A stretch of 64,000 nt of DNA from an uncultured Planctomycetia bacterium (lineage in GTDB: Bacteria > Omnitrophota > Gorgyraeia > VGKH01 > JBHPFN01), in assembly GCA_964406665.1 (NCBI GenBank), contig CAYOSQ010000007.1:11364-75363 (forward strand), read 5' to 3'. A model generated the notes under the pieces. That model was not told where the DNA came from, did not search any database, and was given only the letters and a program-made list of their open reading frames with translations. Numbering within the stretch: the first letter of the stretch is position 1; every line of letters begins with the position of its first letter. Shown here piece by piece: positions 1 through 9,554 of this stretch. The position numbers and the translations under genes are program-made.

Positions 1-436
1 TCACTGCTGCTATTTTTGCAATAGCATAAGGTTCGTTAGTTAATTCAAGGCTTCCGGTTAAAAGAGAATCTTCTTTTATCGGCTGAGCAGTAAACTTTGG
101 ATAGATGCAGGATGAACCAAGATTTAAAAGTTTCCTTACTCCATGATTGTATGATGAATTAATAATATTGGCAGCAATTATAAGATTATCATAAATGAAT
201 TCTGCCTTATATGTAATATTTGCCAATATACCTCCAACCTTAGCTGCGGCAAGAAAAACATAATCAGGCTTCTCAACTTCAAAAAACTTATTTACTTCCT
301 GTTGATTCCTTAAGTCTAATTCTGAAGACGTCCTTAAAATCAAGTTATTATAATTATTTAATATAAGTTTATCTTTTATGGTTGAACCTACTAAACCAGC
401 ATGCCCTGCAATATAGATTTTTGAATTTTTTTCCAT
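1..436 (-). CDS. fcl: GDP-L-fucose synthase (GDP-4-keto-6-deoxymannose 3,5-epimerase/4-reductase), C-terminal part; the gene continues past the window start
   Basis: Reverse-strand translation from the ATG at 436 gives [20 protein letters not shown]...[19 protein letters not shown]..., the typical Fcl N-terminus with the glycine-rich NADP site. It lies directly downstream of gmd. It is absent from the ORF track because it runs off the window edge. Confidence 0.8.
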   Translation of the reverse strand, partial: MEKNSKIYIAGHAGLVGSTIKDKLILNNYNNLILRTSSELDLRNQQEVNKFFEVEKPDYVFLAAAKVGGILANITYKAEFIYDNLIIAANIINSSYNHGVRKLLNLGSSCIYPKFTAQPIKEDSLLTGSLELTNEPYAIAKIAAV

Positions 437-444
437 CAAATTCT

Positions 445-1599
445 TTAACTCCCCTCTATTATTCCTTCATAAAAAGAAAAGTCATGATCTGTATAGGTGA
501 AACCCTTACTTTCAGATATTCTAATTCCATCTTTTTTAGGTTCTAAACCAATGAGCTTCATATCATAATCAACCATTATTTTAACAAGTTCTTCAAAGTT
601 TATTCTTGGCTCCCAATTAAGCAAGTTCTTTGCTTTTGATGCATCCGCATTAAGATGCTCGGCTTCAGTTGGTCTGAAGTACCTGGGGTCTATTTCGATT
701 AAAGTATCACCTGATTTTAGAACTGAGTTCCATTCCTTATCAATTGATTTGATTATTCCTTTTTCCTTTTCTTCTCGACCTTTCCATTCTATTTCTATGC
801 CTATATAACTAAACGCTGTTTGTAAAAATTCTCTTACCGAATGGCTCTCCCCCGTACCCACAACATAATCATCAGGGTTATCCTGCTGCAGCATAAGCCA
901 CATTGTCTCAACGTACTCCGGGGCAAATCCCCAATCTCTCCTAGCATCAAGATTTCCTAAGTAAATTTTTCTTTGTTTTCCTGCAAGCATATTTGCTATC
1001 GCACGGGTTATTTTCCTTGTAACAAAGGTTTCACCCCTTCTTGGGCTTTCATGATTAAAAAGTATGCCGTTACAGGCAAAAATATTGTAGGCTTCTCGAT
1101 AATTTACAGTCATCCAATAAGCATAAACCTTTGCAATCGCATATGGGCTACGAGGATAAAAAGGAGTTTCCTCATTTTGCGGAGCATCAGCAGCACCAAA
1201 CATCTCTGATGAAGAAGATTGATAAAGCTTTGATTTTATTCCGCTTCTTCTTATCGCTTCAAGAATCCTTGTACACCCTAATCCGGTAATGTTGCCGGTA
1301 AACTCCGGCATATCGAAAGAAACTCTTACATGAGACTGAGCACCAAGATGATAAATCTCATCTGGTCTAATTTTCCAAATGATCTCAGTTATTAATCCAG
1401 GATCAGATAAATCACCATAATGAAGAAACAGTCTTGTGTTTGGTTGATGCGGATCCTTATATATATGATCTATTCTATGTGTATTAAATGTCGAGGCTCT
1501 TCTAATTATACCGTGTACTTCATACTTCTTTGATAAAAGAAATTCAGTTAAGTACGAGCCATCTTGCCCGGTTATACCAGTTATCAACGCTTTTTTCAT
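445..1599 (-). CDS. gmd: GDP-mannose 4,6-dehydratase
   Basis: N-terminus [22 protein letters not shown] and the whole 384 aa are collinear with Gmd (extended SDR; the YxxxK active site sits in ...[10 protein letters not shown]...). Confidence 0.92.
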   Translation of the reverse strand: MKKALITGITGQDGSYLTEFLLSKKYEVHGIIRRASTFNTHRIDHIYKDPHQPNTRLFLHYGDLSDPGLITEIIWKIRPDEIYHLGAQSHVRVSFDMPEFTGNITGLGCTRILEAIRRSGIKSKLYQSSSSEMFGAADAPQNEETPFYPRSPYAIAKVYAYWMTVNYREAYNIFACNGILFNHESPRRGETFVTRKITRAIANMLAGKQRKIYLGNLDARRDWGFAPEYVETMWLMLQQDNPDDYVVGTGESHSVREFLQTAFSYIGIEIEWKGREEKEKGIIKSIDKEWNSVLKSGDTLIEIDPRYFRPTEAEHLNADASKAKNLLNWEPRINFEELVKIMVDYDMKLIGLEPKKDGIRISESKGFTYTDHDFSFYEGIIEGS

Positions 1600-1714
1600 G
1601 CAATCTCCTTGTATGTTGAATTTTTAACAAGCCTTGCGTTACTTGAAAAGCAAACTTTTTCCTTAAGCTACCCTAATAAAATTAACAGGTAAGCAGGCTT
1701 GATAGGATTGACAG

Positions 1715-1728
1715 TAACTTATTGTAAA
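1715..1728. repeat. 14-nt direct repeat TAACTTATTGTAAA, copy 1, in the gmd-protease divergent intergenic region
   Basis: Exact repeat seen in sequence; the second copy is at 1838-1851. Confidence 0.6.
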
Positions 1729-1809
1729 ACAGCTTGTTCTGTATTGCAAGAAGATTTTATGAACTTGTAGATTTATGTCTTTCTCGAGTTTGCCTTGGAC
1801 TCAATTTTC

Positions 1810-1838
1810 TTGCACTAAATATTTAGTTATGATAAACT
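1810..1838 (+). promoter_or_regulatory. Candidate sigma70-type promoter for the protease gene: TTGCAC, 17 nt spacer, TAAACT
   Basis: -35-like TTGCAC at 1810-1815, 17-nt spacer, -10-like TAAACT at 1833-1838, about 40 nt upstream of the ATG at 1879. By-eye motif match only. Confidence 0.25.
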
Positions 1839-1851
1839 AACTTATTGTAAA
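1838..1851. repeat. 14-nt direct repeat TAACTTATTGTAAA, copy 2
   Basis: Exact repeat of 1715-1728, about 120 bp downstream, just upstream of the protease start. Confidence 0.6.
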
Positions 1852-1878
1852 TAAATACGTTAGCAATTCTTAAGAAGA

Positions 1879-2664
1879 ATGATGCCGCGCTCAAAAATAA
1901 TCACAAATACAAAAAAAGTTTTCCTTTCAGCTGTTTTATGCTTTTTCATTTGCACTTCCGCTACTTACGCCCTGGGGAGAGACTCAATTATCCAGGTTAT
2001 TCAAACCTCTATGCCATCTATAGTAGGCATAAGGGCTGATAACGCCAAACTTACTAAATCGCCTAAGCCAGTTGCGGTTAAAGACCCAAAAACCGGTAGG
2101 ATAGCAATTGCCAGGGGAGTTAGGGCGTCGACTTATTCTCGAGAAGGTTCTGGAGTAATTGTTGATAAATCTGGATTGATTTCTACAAATGCACACACTA
2201 TTTCAGGTGCGGACCGAATCATCGTAACGCTACACAACAAAAAAGAATATGAGGTAAAATCAGCCTCAGTTGTTCCGGGCGAAGACGTTGCATTTCTGTA
2301 TATCAACCCTTCTTCTGACCTAACGCCAATTGTTTTTTCTAACTCTGATGAAATAAAAATTGGTGACAAAGCCTATACTGTGGGAAGCTCTGAATTTCTT
2401 GAAGGAACTATTAGCGCAGGTCGTGTAACCGGATTAGGCAGAAATAAACAACTTAAAAACAAAACTATGGCCCCCGTTGCAATCATTCAAACAAGTTTTA
2501 ACGTCTACAAAGGAGATAGCGGAGGACCTCTTCTTGACTACCAGGGAAAATTACTAGGTTTAATTGTTGCAGGAAAAACTAAGACTTCTCACGCGAGCTT
2601 TGCTATCCCATCAAACAAAATCAAATTATATTACGATAATCTCATAAAAGATAAATCCAAATAA
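1879..2664 (+). CDS. Secreted trypsin-like (S1 family) serine protease
   Basis: N-terminal signal peptide. His in TNAHTI, Asp in GEDVAFLY, and the GDSGGPL serine motif are present in order. Confidence 0.8.
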   Translation: MMPRSKIITNTKKVFLSAVLCFFICTSATYALGRDSIIQVIQTSMPSIVGIRADNAKLTKSPKPVAVKDPKTGRIAIARGVRASTYSREGSGVIVDKSGLISTNAHTISGADRIIVTLHNKKEYEVKSASVVPGEDVAFLYINPSSDLTPIVFSNSDEIKIGDKAYTVGSSEFLEGTISAGRVTGLGRNKQLKNKTMAPVAIIQTSFNVYKGDSGGPLLDYQGKLLGLIVAGKTKTSHASFAIPSNKIKLYYDNLIKDKSK

Positions 2665-2746
2665 TGAATTCATATCAACTAAAAGCTTATTATTTATTTG
2701 TTTTAAAACTTAATAAAAATTAGTATAATTAATTAGGGTGATATAA

Positions 2747-3154
2747 ATGATTACGTATAAGATAGAAATGATTGAAGAAGCACTTAAAGAAATCTGTAAA
2801 AAGTTTACTTTAACTAAAAATCTTCAAATCAAAAAAATAAAACTCGAAAAAGAAGATCTACAATACCGGATAACGCTTTTAGATGATTCCCAGCACACAG
2901 TGAAGCAGGAATTATTAAATCAATACATCGAAACCTTAGGCGATAAAGGCGGCTTAGAAATAGCCGGCTGTCTGATGCATTCTATCGAGCAAGAAGAAAG
3001 TGCTTTCTCTTCAGGAGACAGTGATTCTGATGAAACCTGGGACGGAGACATTCAAGATGCTATCGACTATGTTAACAAGCAAAAAAAAGAAGATGGCACT
3101 GAAGATGATGTTGACTACCAGGAAGGAAAAGATGGCGAAGATAAATATTTCTAA
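2747..3154 (+). CDS. Hypothetical small acidic protein (Asp/Glu-rich C-terminus)
   Basis: 135-aa ORF with an AGGGTGA Shine-Dalgarno-like sequence upstream. No recognisable domain. Confidence 0.45.
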   Translation: MITYKIEMIEEALKEICKKFTLTKNLQIKKIKLEKEDLQYRITLLDDSQHTVKQELLNQYIETLGDKGGLEIAGCLMHSIEQEESAFSSGDSDSDETWDGDIQDAIDYVNKQKKEDGTEDDVDYQEGKDGEDKYF

Positions 3155-3160
3155 GATTTA

Positions 3161-5644
3161 TTAATATACCAGTGGTCCCTTTAACCTACGAATACGAAAT
3201 ACTGTTTGCTTCTTAATCACCTTTCTATTCTTCTTTAATTGATTTCTGTTAAGAAAGAGATTCTTCCAAGCCCTGAAAATCGGTCGAATATCTCCATGTG
3301 CACATAACAAAATTCTAAATGTCCACAAACTGCTTGTAGTCAACACGTAGTGCAAAGGTAAATTTAAAACAGCTACCTTGATTCTATTTTCCAAAAAAGT
3401 GGTGAAATATTCACAAGACCCGCTTATCTTTTCATCCTGCTTCTTTTTATGAAGAACTGTCACGCTGGGAAAATATAATATTCTATAACCGGCATCTAAA
3501 ATTCTGTAGGATAAATCAATTTCTTCGTTACCCTTATAAGAAAAGTTTCCATAGACTCCCACTTCCTTAAAAACATCACGGCGCATCGCACAGCCTGCCG
3601 CGATAAACCAAGAGGTTTCAAATTCTTGCCTATGAGATACCATCTTATCTCTCATCGGAAAAGCAGCTTTCTGCAACCTTTTATTAAAATAATCTACAAT
3701 TTTAAAAGCCAAGACTCCAATACTCTCATCATTAATTAATTTATCCACAATTTTGCTTACTGCATCTTTCTCAACAATCTCAACATCATCATCTAAACCT
3801 ATTATGATACCTCCTTTTGATTCATTTATAGCAATATTCCTTCCCGCACTTGCTCCTTTATTAGTATTTTGTCTTAAATATTTAATCTTTTCGTTTTTGA
3901 ATTCTGACTCAAAAAGCTTTTCGGTACCATCTTGAGAACCATTGTCTACTATAATTATTTCATAATTCTCATAGTCCTGCTTTTCAAGTGATAAAAGTAA
4001 TTCACGTAAATATCTTCTGCGGTTAAAAGTGACTATTATAATAGAAACTAGTAGATTTTCTCTGTTTAGATTTACTCTTTTAGCTGAATAGGCTGATCTT
4101 TCAATTCTTTTATCAACAAAAGCATATTCCTTTCCACCCTTTCCCCTTAACTTACCGGCAACCATAGAAAGGACAAATTTGTCTTCGGCATCAAGCTTCA
4201 AAACAAAAATACTAATCAAATATACAATTAAGGTAGAACAAGAAATAATCAAAAGTCTTTTTACTTGAAAAATGTCTTCGCTGATATACTCCTTGATAAA
4301 TCCAAGAAAAACAATACAGACACCAGCAGCAATTAGTCCTTTTAAAAAAGATATTTTGAAAGAATGCATCTTAAGAAAGTGAAAGACTTCAACTAATTGC
4401 ACAAAACTCATTAGCACTATTGAAATTCCGGTTGCAATAGCTGCTCCATGCATCCCGTACTGAGGAATAAGCAAAAAGTTCAATAGAACATTAATTCCGG
4501 CAACAGCAATATCATTAAACAAAATTATTTTATGATGTCCCGACATTATCAACATGTGTCTAGCCGGTCCAATACTACAACGTATAAGTTGCGCAACAAT
4601 CAATATTACCAATACGTAGGAACCCAAAACAAACTTATCTCCAAATAATGCCATGATGTCTCTAGCTAAGAATGCCACAATAATACATGCAGGCAATGTT
4701 AGGAAACTAATCCATTTAGCAGTAATCTTGAATAAGTTTTCCAGTTGTTGACGTTTATTTCTGTTATAAAGATCTGAAATAACAGGTGCAAAAATTGTAA
4801 CAAAAGACCTTAGGAAAATTGTAAGAATAAAGGCAATTTGAACGGCAACCCTATAAATACCAACCTCTACCTCTGTTTTAAAATACCCCAGCATTAAAGC
4901 ATCGGTCCACATAATCAGGAAAAATAAAAAGTCAGAAATGGATAAAGGAAGAGAAAAAGTTATAAGCTTAGAGGTCTCAAATAGAGGCTTAACATCTTTG
5001 GCCACCTTTAATTCTCTATTAATAAGAAATAAAGTTACGACCAAACTTAATACTGCAGAAATTATCCATGCACATATCGCTCCGTAAAGCTTAAATCCAG
5101 CAATGTAGAAAACGCCAATTAAGGATAGATTAACTAAAGGATTGAAGAAATTTCTTACTCCGACGAAATAACGAATTTTCTGAAAACCTCTAGTAACATA
5201 AAGCGCAACTATTAATGATGCTCCAAAAGGTACACCTAAAGAAAAAAGTTTTATAACATTATTTATGCTTATGTTATGGAAAATTCTCTCAGCGATAAAG
5301 CCTGAGCTTAAAAATAATATTGCCCCAATTGCAACTCCTACAATAAATGAAAATGTAATTGATTGAAAAACAACACCCTTAGCCCTCCTATAATCTCCCT
5401 CTCCTAAATACAGGGCAACATATCGAACCGCACCTTCGTGAAGACCAATTCTTGATAAAATCTCAGCAACACCAAAAATTGCAAAACCAAGCGAATAGAT
5501 ACCAAATAGCTCCGCGCCCAAAAATCTAGCAATTATAAGATGTGAAAGACCGTATATTCCGGCACCAAAAAGACTACCAAAGAAACTAATACCTGCCCCC
5601 CTGGCAACTTTTCTTACATCGTTTTCATTAAACTCTATAGTCAT
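3161..5644 (-). CDS. Fusion protein: Wzx-like polysaccharide flippase (MOP superfamily, about 12-14 TM helices) fused to a C-terminal GT2 glycosyltransferase
   Basis: N-terminal ~490 aa are polytopic and hydrophobic, typical of O-unit flippases. The C-terminal ~300 aa carry the GT2 signature ...IIIVTFNRRRYLRELLLSLEKQDYENYEIIIVDNGSQDGT...GLDDD... in one continuous reading frame. Confidence 0.75.
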   Translation of the reverse strand: MTIEFNENDVRKVARGAGISFFGSLFGAGIYGLSHLIIARFLGAELFGIYSLGFAIFGVAEILSRIGLHEGAVRYVALYLGEGDYRRAKGVVFQSITFSFIVGVAIGAILFLSSGFIAERIFHNISINNVIKLFSLGVPFGASLIVALYVTRGFQKIRYFVGVRNFFNPLVNLSLIGVFYIAGFKLYGAICAWIISAVLSLVVTLFLINRELKVAKDVKPLFETSKLITFSLPLSISDFLFFLIMWTDALMLGYFKTEVEVGIYRVAVQIAFILTIFLRSFVTIFAPVISDLYNRNKRQQLENLFKITAKWISFLTLPACIIVAFLARDIMALFGDKFVLGSYVLVILIVAQLIRCSIGPARHMLIMSGHHKIILFNDIAVAGINVLLNFLLIPQYGMHGAAIATGISIVLMSFVQLVEVFHFLKMHSFKISFLKGLIAAGVCIVFLGFIKEYISEDIFQVKRLLIISCSTLIVYLISIFVLKLDAEDKFVLSMVAGKLRGKGGKEYAFVDKRIERSAYSAKRVNLNRENLLVSIIIVTFNRRRYLRELLLSLEKQDYENYEIIIVDNGSQDGTEKLFESEFKNEKIKYLRQNTNKGASAGRNIAINESKGGIIIGLDDDVEIVEKDAVSKIVDKLINDESIGVLAFKIVDYFNKRLQKAAFPMRDKMVSHRQEFETSWFIAAGCAMRRDVFKEVGVYGNFSYKGNEEIDLSYRILDAGYRILYFPSVTVLHKKKQDEKISGSCEYFTTFLENRIKVAVLNLPLHYVLTTSSLWTFRILLCAHGDIRPIFRAWKNLFLNRNQLKKNRKVIKKQTVFRIRRLKGPLVY

Positions 5645-5666
5645 ATATTTTAAGTTTTTTGAAATT

Positions 5667-6581
5667 TTACAGTTTTAGCTTACGTACCATTCTTTTCAAC
5701 CCTAGCATAATATACCTAAAATCGCCATAAAGCAAATACCACATAATCCTTTTAAGCATATAAAATTTTGCTTTGAATTTATTCCTCTTTAGTGAATATT
5801 TCATTAATATCTTTTTATCATCGGCTATTTTCATATCCCAAATATTAGATGTTTTTGTCTGCGGATGACAATGCATAGCGCCCCAGAATTCCGGAATATG
5901 CTTAAACCGTACCTTAGATAAACCTAATCGAAGAAAAAAATCATAATCCATAGAAAAAAACCAATTTTCATCAATATAGCCAACTTTCTCAAAAAGCTCC
6001 CTCTTCCAAAAAGCAGATTCATTCACGATAATATTTCCTTCATGGATCAACGACCCAAGAGAAAAAGGCGTATATTTAAATTCAAAATTGTAATTCTCAT
6101 TTTCATCTACCAAAAGCTTATCTGCGAAGAAAACATCTACAGATGGATTATTTTTATAAATTGAGCCAACTCTATTAAAAACTCCTGGTAGATAAAAATC
6201 GTCTGAATTCTGCCATCCGATTAAATCCCCTGTACATCTTTCGAACCCTTTATTCAACGCATGGGTATGGCACCTATCTGGTTCGCTCACCCAATAAGAA
6301 AGATACTTTTCATATTTTCTAATTATGTCTACTGAACCATCTTTCGAATTACCATCAATTATTATATATTCCAGATTGGGATAGTTTTGATTCAATACAC
6401 TAAGAATTGTTTTCTCCAGATACTTTTCTTGATTAAGCGAAGACGTAACAATAGAAATCTTAGGCCATGATTCACATTTGCCTAAAACTACTCTCTCTTC
6501 AAATAGCGGCTTAGAAAGAAACTCTTGCGTCTTCTCAGCATCATAAGTATTCACCAATCGATTTTTTAAGATAGTTCCCAT
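5667..6581 (-). CDS. Family 2 glycosyltransferase
   Basis: ISIVTSSLNQEKYLEKTILSVLNQNYPNLEYIIIDGNSKDGS ... NSDDFY: GT-A/GT2 DxD architecture. Confidence 0.8.
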   Translation of the reverse strand: MGTILKNRLVNTYDAEKTQEFLSKPLFEERVVLGKCESWPKISIVTSSLNQEKYLEKTILSVLNQNYPNLEYIIIDGNSKDGSVDIIRKYEKYLSYWVSEPDRCHTHALNKGFERCTGDLIGWQNSDDFYLPGVFNRVGSIYKNNPSVDVFFADKLLVDENENYNFEFKYTPFSLGSLIHEGNIIVNESAFWKRELFEKVGYIDENWFFSMDYDFFLRLGLSKVRFKHIPEFWGAMHCHPQTKTSNIWDMKIADDKKILMKYSLKRNKFKAKFYMLKRIMWYLLYGDFRYIMLGLKRMVRKLKL

Positions 6582-6583
6582 AT

Positions 6584-7855
6584 TTATCTTCGCTTCTTCA
6601 ATAACTCTTCATATAACTTAATATAGCGCTCTGCCTCTAAAACCGAAGAAAACTCTTCTTCCACCTTCTGTCTTGTTGTTTGAGATAGCCTTTTCATTCG
6701 ATTAGAATTAGAAAGTACCCAGTTAATACCATGCGCTAAATCTGAAGATTCAAACGGCTTGACAAGATAGCCAGTATATTCATGTTTAATCATGTCGGGA
6801 ATTCCACCAATACTAAAAGCGACACAAGGCGTACCGCACGACATTGCCTCCAGAATTGTATTGGGAAAATTATCCTCGACCGACGGAGCCACAAATACAT
6901 CACATGCCGCATAAAGCAATGCCTTGGAGATCTCATCGTGCAAATAACCCATGGAATAAATTTGAGAAGGCCAGTGACCCTGCATGGGCTTTTGCCATGA
7001 GCCAAAAATAACTAAGCCTGGTAATGGTATCTCGTTTTTTTCTTTTAATATTTCAAGCGCAGATTCTAAATATTTATACCCCTTGCGCGGATCACTTAAA
7101 GGATTTACCGCTCCGAAAAGTAATAATTGTTTATCTTGAGGCAAATTAAGAAGCGTTCTTGCTTGAGCCTTAGGAATTTGCCGATAAGTTGCAGTATCTA
7201 CCCCGTTTGGAATGACCTCTATGCGAGCATTGCCGAATAGAGAACTGCGTCTGACGCAAGTAGCAAGCCAGTTGCTTGGCGATACTATAGTCAATGCAGA
7301 AGTATCCCAGCTACGTTTTTTTTGCTTCAATACCCTATATGAAAGATCACAACTGCATTTACTGCCCAATTGGGGACATTGACCGCATTGTTGCTCAAAA
7401 CCCTTACATGAACCTACATAATGACAGCCACCAGTAAAAGGCCACATGTCGGATAATCTCCACACCGCAGGCTTTCCTAACTGTAAAAGATGGCCGATAG
7501 TTTTTACGCCTAAAAATCCTCCACAAATCCAATACAGAGCAATGATATCAGCTTGTTGTACTTGAGACAACTTTTCTACGGGAAATAGTTGAAGCCAACC
7601 AGGATGCCAAACAACCCTTTTTTGTCTACGGGGCCAAGAAAGCAGTGGAAGAAGATCTAGATAGCCAGCAATCTTACTAAGAAACTTTCCCCTAGTCGAA
7701 GTAAATGCCCATTCTACGGTACTATCATCCGAAAGGCCCTTTTGTACCAATCGCTTGCTATCTATCCCTTTTTCCAAGAGAGCTTGATGTAAATGATGCG
7801 ACTCGCGAGCAGCCCCTCCTTGAAGATCGAATGTGTTAAGATGAACAACGCGCAC
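6584..7855 (-). CDS. GT4-family (GT-B fold) glycosyltransferase with a Cys-rich insertion
   Basis: N-terminal MRVVHLNTFDLQGGAARESHHL and C-terminal ...GTPCVAFSIGGIPDMIK...EEF are GT4-like. There is a 7-Cys insertion WPFTGGCHYVGSCKGFEQQCGQCPQLGSKCSC. Confidence 0.75.
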   Translation of the reverse strand: MRVVHLNTFDLQGGAARESHHLHQALLEKGIDSKRLVQKGLSDDSTVEWAFTSTRGKFLSKIAGYLDLLPLLSWPRRQKRVVWHPGWLQLFPVEKLSQVQQADIIALYWICGGFLGVKTIGHLLQLGKPAVWRLSDMWPFTGGCHYVGSCKGFEQQCGQCPQLGSKCSCDLSYRVLKQKKRSWDTSALTIVSPSNWLATCVRRSSLFGNARIEVIPNGVDTATYRQIPKAQARTLLNLPQDKQLLLFGAVNPLSDPRKGYKYLESALEILKEKNEIPLPGLVIFGSWQKPMQGHWPSQIYSMGYLHDEISKALLYAACDVFVAPSVEDNFPNTILEAMSCGTPCVAFSIGGIPDMIKHEYTGYLVKPFESSDLAHGINWVLSNSNRMKRLSQTTRQKVEEEFSSVLEAERYIKLYEELLKKRR

Positions 7856-9554
7856 TGATAAAACACTCCCTTTTTAAATAATCTGAACTTGAATCACATA
7901 GCGCCCATTCTGCAAATTCATATAAATCCTCAGCATTTTTGAGCTCATCCAACGAATGTATCGTTGGTAGTAAATTATGATCAAGTGGATGCACTCCCTT
8001 TTTCTTATAATTAAATTCTGCCTTGAAGCTTTTCATCTCCCACAGACGTAGATTAAAAATCGCATAAGCATGTTTTTTTGCAAGCATCATTTGCTCTTCT
8101 GTTAGCTGAGAAAATTCATGGATATGTTTTAGTTTATCGAGATATTGCTCTCGAGAATCAGAATCAATAGTAAAGCCAAAACCTGAGTACCTTCCCGTCC
8201 CTGCAGTAAAAACCGGCTTCCCGAAACAAGGAAGCTCCATACCCACAGTTCCTCGGACTGTAATACCGTAATCTGCTAACTCAAACAGCGAAAATGAATT
8301 AATGTCAGTATCTGGATGCAGCAAGAATATGTGTGCAGGCAATTCTCCAACTTTTTCTCTTATTAGAAATACCTCTCTTAATTCTCCGGATATCTTCTCG
8401 CGATTCCTCTTCCACACGTTTCCAGGATGAAGTTTAATTATCCAATTTACATTAGGATTTAAAACAGCCACTTTTACAGTTTCAATAAACCATTCCTCAT
8501 AATCCTCGAAAAGATCATCACCATAAAATAAATTAGCATCCCAAAGTATATGAGAAAACAAGACTGCAGTCTTCTTTTGTGAATCTATTCCTAATTGCGA
8601 GACTATCTCTTGCTTACTCTTCTTTTGTTTTCCTTGTTGATTTCTTCGACTCAAAAACCATATCCCTCCATAACGCTTCTCGAATTCATCAAGTACGGCA
8701 CTCTCCTGTTCCTGGCCCCATGGCATTGTCTTTATTTTCTCAAACGTCGAAGGTGAAAGCGAATTTGGATGCGACCCCATCGATTCCTTGTCAAATCGCT
8801 TGAAGGTCACCGCGTCATCTCGCAGTGGTTGGACAAATTGTATTACATCCATCTGTCTATTAAATGCTAAATCGGATATACCACCATATACCGAACCTTT
8901 TGCTTCGTTAAAAATAAGCATATCAGGATTTATTTCATCTAAAAGCATGCCTGAGGCATAAATTGTTTTTATTTCATCACGCAGCAAAAAACCGAAAAGT
9001 TCATGCAGCTTAGGATGAGCTAAATCAGGTGTTCCGTGCAAACGCCTAGCGAATGAGCTTAAAATCTGTTGACCTAAATGACAATTCTTGAACTTCCATT
9101 GCTTCACTTCTTGAAAGCTTATCTTTTTCTGCAAAAATTCTTCCGCGACACCCTCAACCTCCTCATTCTTCACGCGAGAAATAAAATCTTCTAAATATAC
9201 GAATTTACTTATTCCAAAAGATCGAAAATACTTCTGGGGCCAGACGCAATGCTTATAAGTCACAACAGTTATATCACACCCTCGAAGCTGCAAGGCTTTT
9301 GCAAACGTTGCCTCTTTTTTAACCTGATAGAGAAACTGCGTAAGGCTAACTATGCATACTTTTTTATTTATTAATTGCTCTGGAACTTCTTTAAAAAAAC
9401 TAAACTTCTTTTCAAGAATTGCATAATCGTGAACGATAGCCAATCGATGAAGAATGTTCCAATTGTTTTTAATCAATTGCAACTTTAGCTTCAACCACGG
9501 CATACCTGAAATAAATCTTGATAATCTTTCTCTTGCCCTCTTTATAATCATCAC
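7836..9554 (-). CDS. Capsule_synth-family protein (KpsC/KpsS/LpsZ-like beta-Kdo-transferase family), tentative
   Basis: ...VLFSHILWDANLFYGDD...IIKLHPGN... resembles the conserved KpsC/KpsS core (..fPLQvnxDsQi...lvvKhHPxd). The domain boundaries could not be checked. Confidence 0.4.
   Translation of the reverse strand: MMIIKRARERLSRFISGMPWLKLKLQLIKNNWNILHRLAIVHDYAILEKKFSFFKEVPEQLINKKVCIVSLTQFLYQVKKEATFAKALQLRGCDITVVTYKHCVWPQKYFRSFGISKFVYLEDFISRVKNEEVEGVAEEFLQKKISFQEVKQWKFKNCHLGQQILSSFARRLHGTPDLAHPKLHELFGFLLRDEIKTIYASGMLLDEINPDMLIFNEAKGSVYGGISDLAFNRQMDVIQFVQPLRDDAVTFKRFDKESMGSHPNSLSPSTFEKIKTMPWGQEQESAVLDEFEKRYGGIWFLSRRNQQGKQKKSKQEIVSQLGIDSQKKTAVLFSHILWDANLFYGDDLFEDYEEWFIETVKVAVLNPNVNWIIKLHPGNVWKRNREKISGELREVFLIREKVGELPAHIFLLHPDTDINSFSLFELADYGITVRGTVGMELPCFGKPVFTAGTGRYSGFGFTIDSDSREQYLDKLKHIHEFSQLTEEQMMLAKKHAYAIFNLRLWEMKSFKAEFNYKKKGVHPLDHNLLPTIHSLDELKNAEDLYEFAEWALCDSSSDYLKRECFISARCSS

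Noticed and set aside
973-2369. Small ORFs from the track nested in or antisense to larger genes, for example 973-1209, 1984-2196, 2133-2369, 6782-7005, 11481-11889, 25977-26447
   Set aside because: They overlap well-supported genes on the opposite strand or in another frame, have low-complexity composition, and have no start context. They are treated as spurious.
2698-2746. Perfect TATAAT at 2724-2729 as the promoter of the 2747 ORF
   Set aside because: The best -35 candidate gives a 20-nt spacer, and the predicted TSS would fall on the Shine-Dalgarno sequence. Not supportable as a feature.
7316-7323. T8/A8 homopolymer inside the GT4 gene as a phase-variation site
   Set aside because: The tract is in frame (it encodes QKKRS) and the ORF is intact. 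A/T runs are frequent in this AT-rich, Lys-rich genome. Only the A9 at 22426-22434 coincides with a domain-splitting frameshift.
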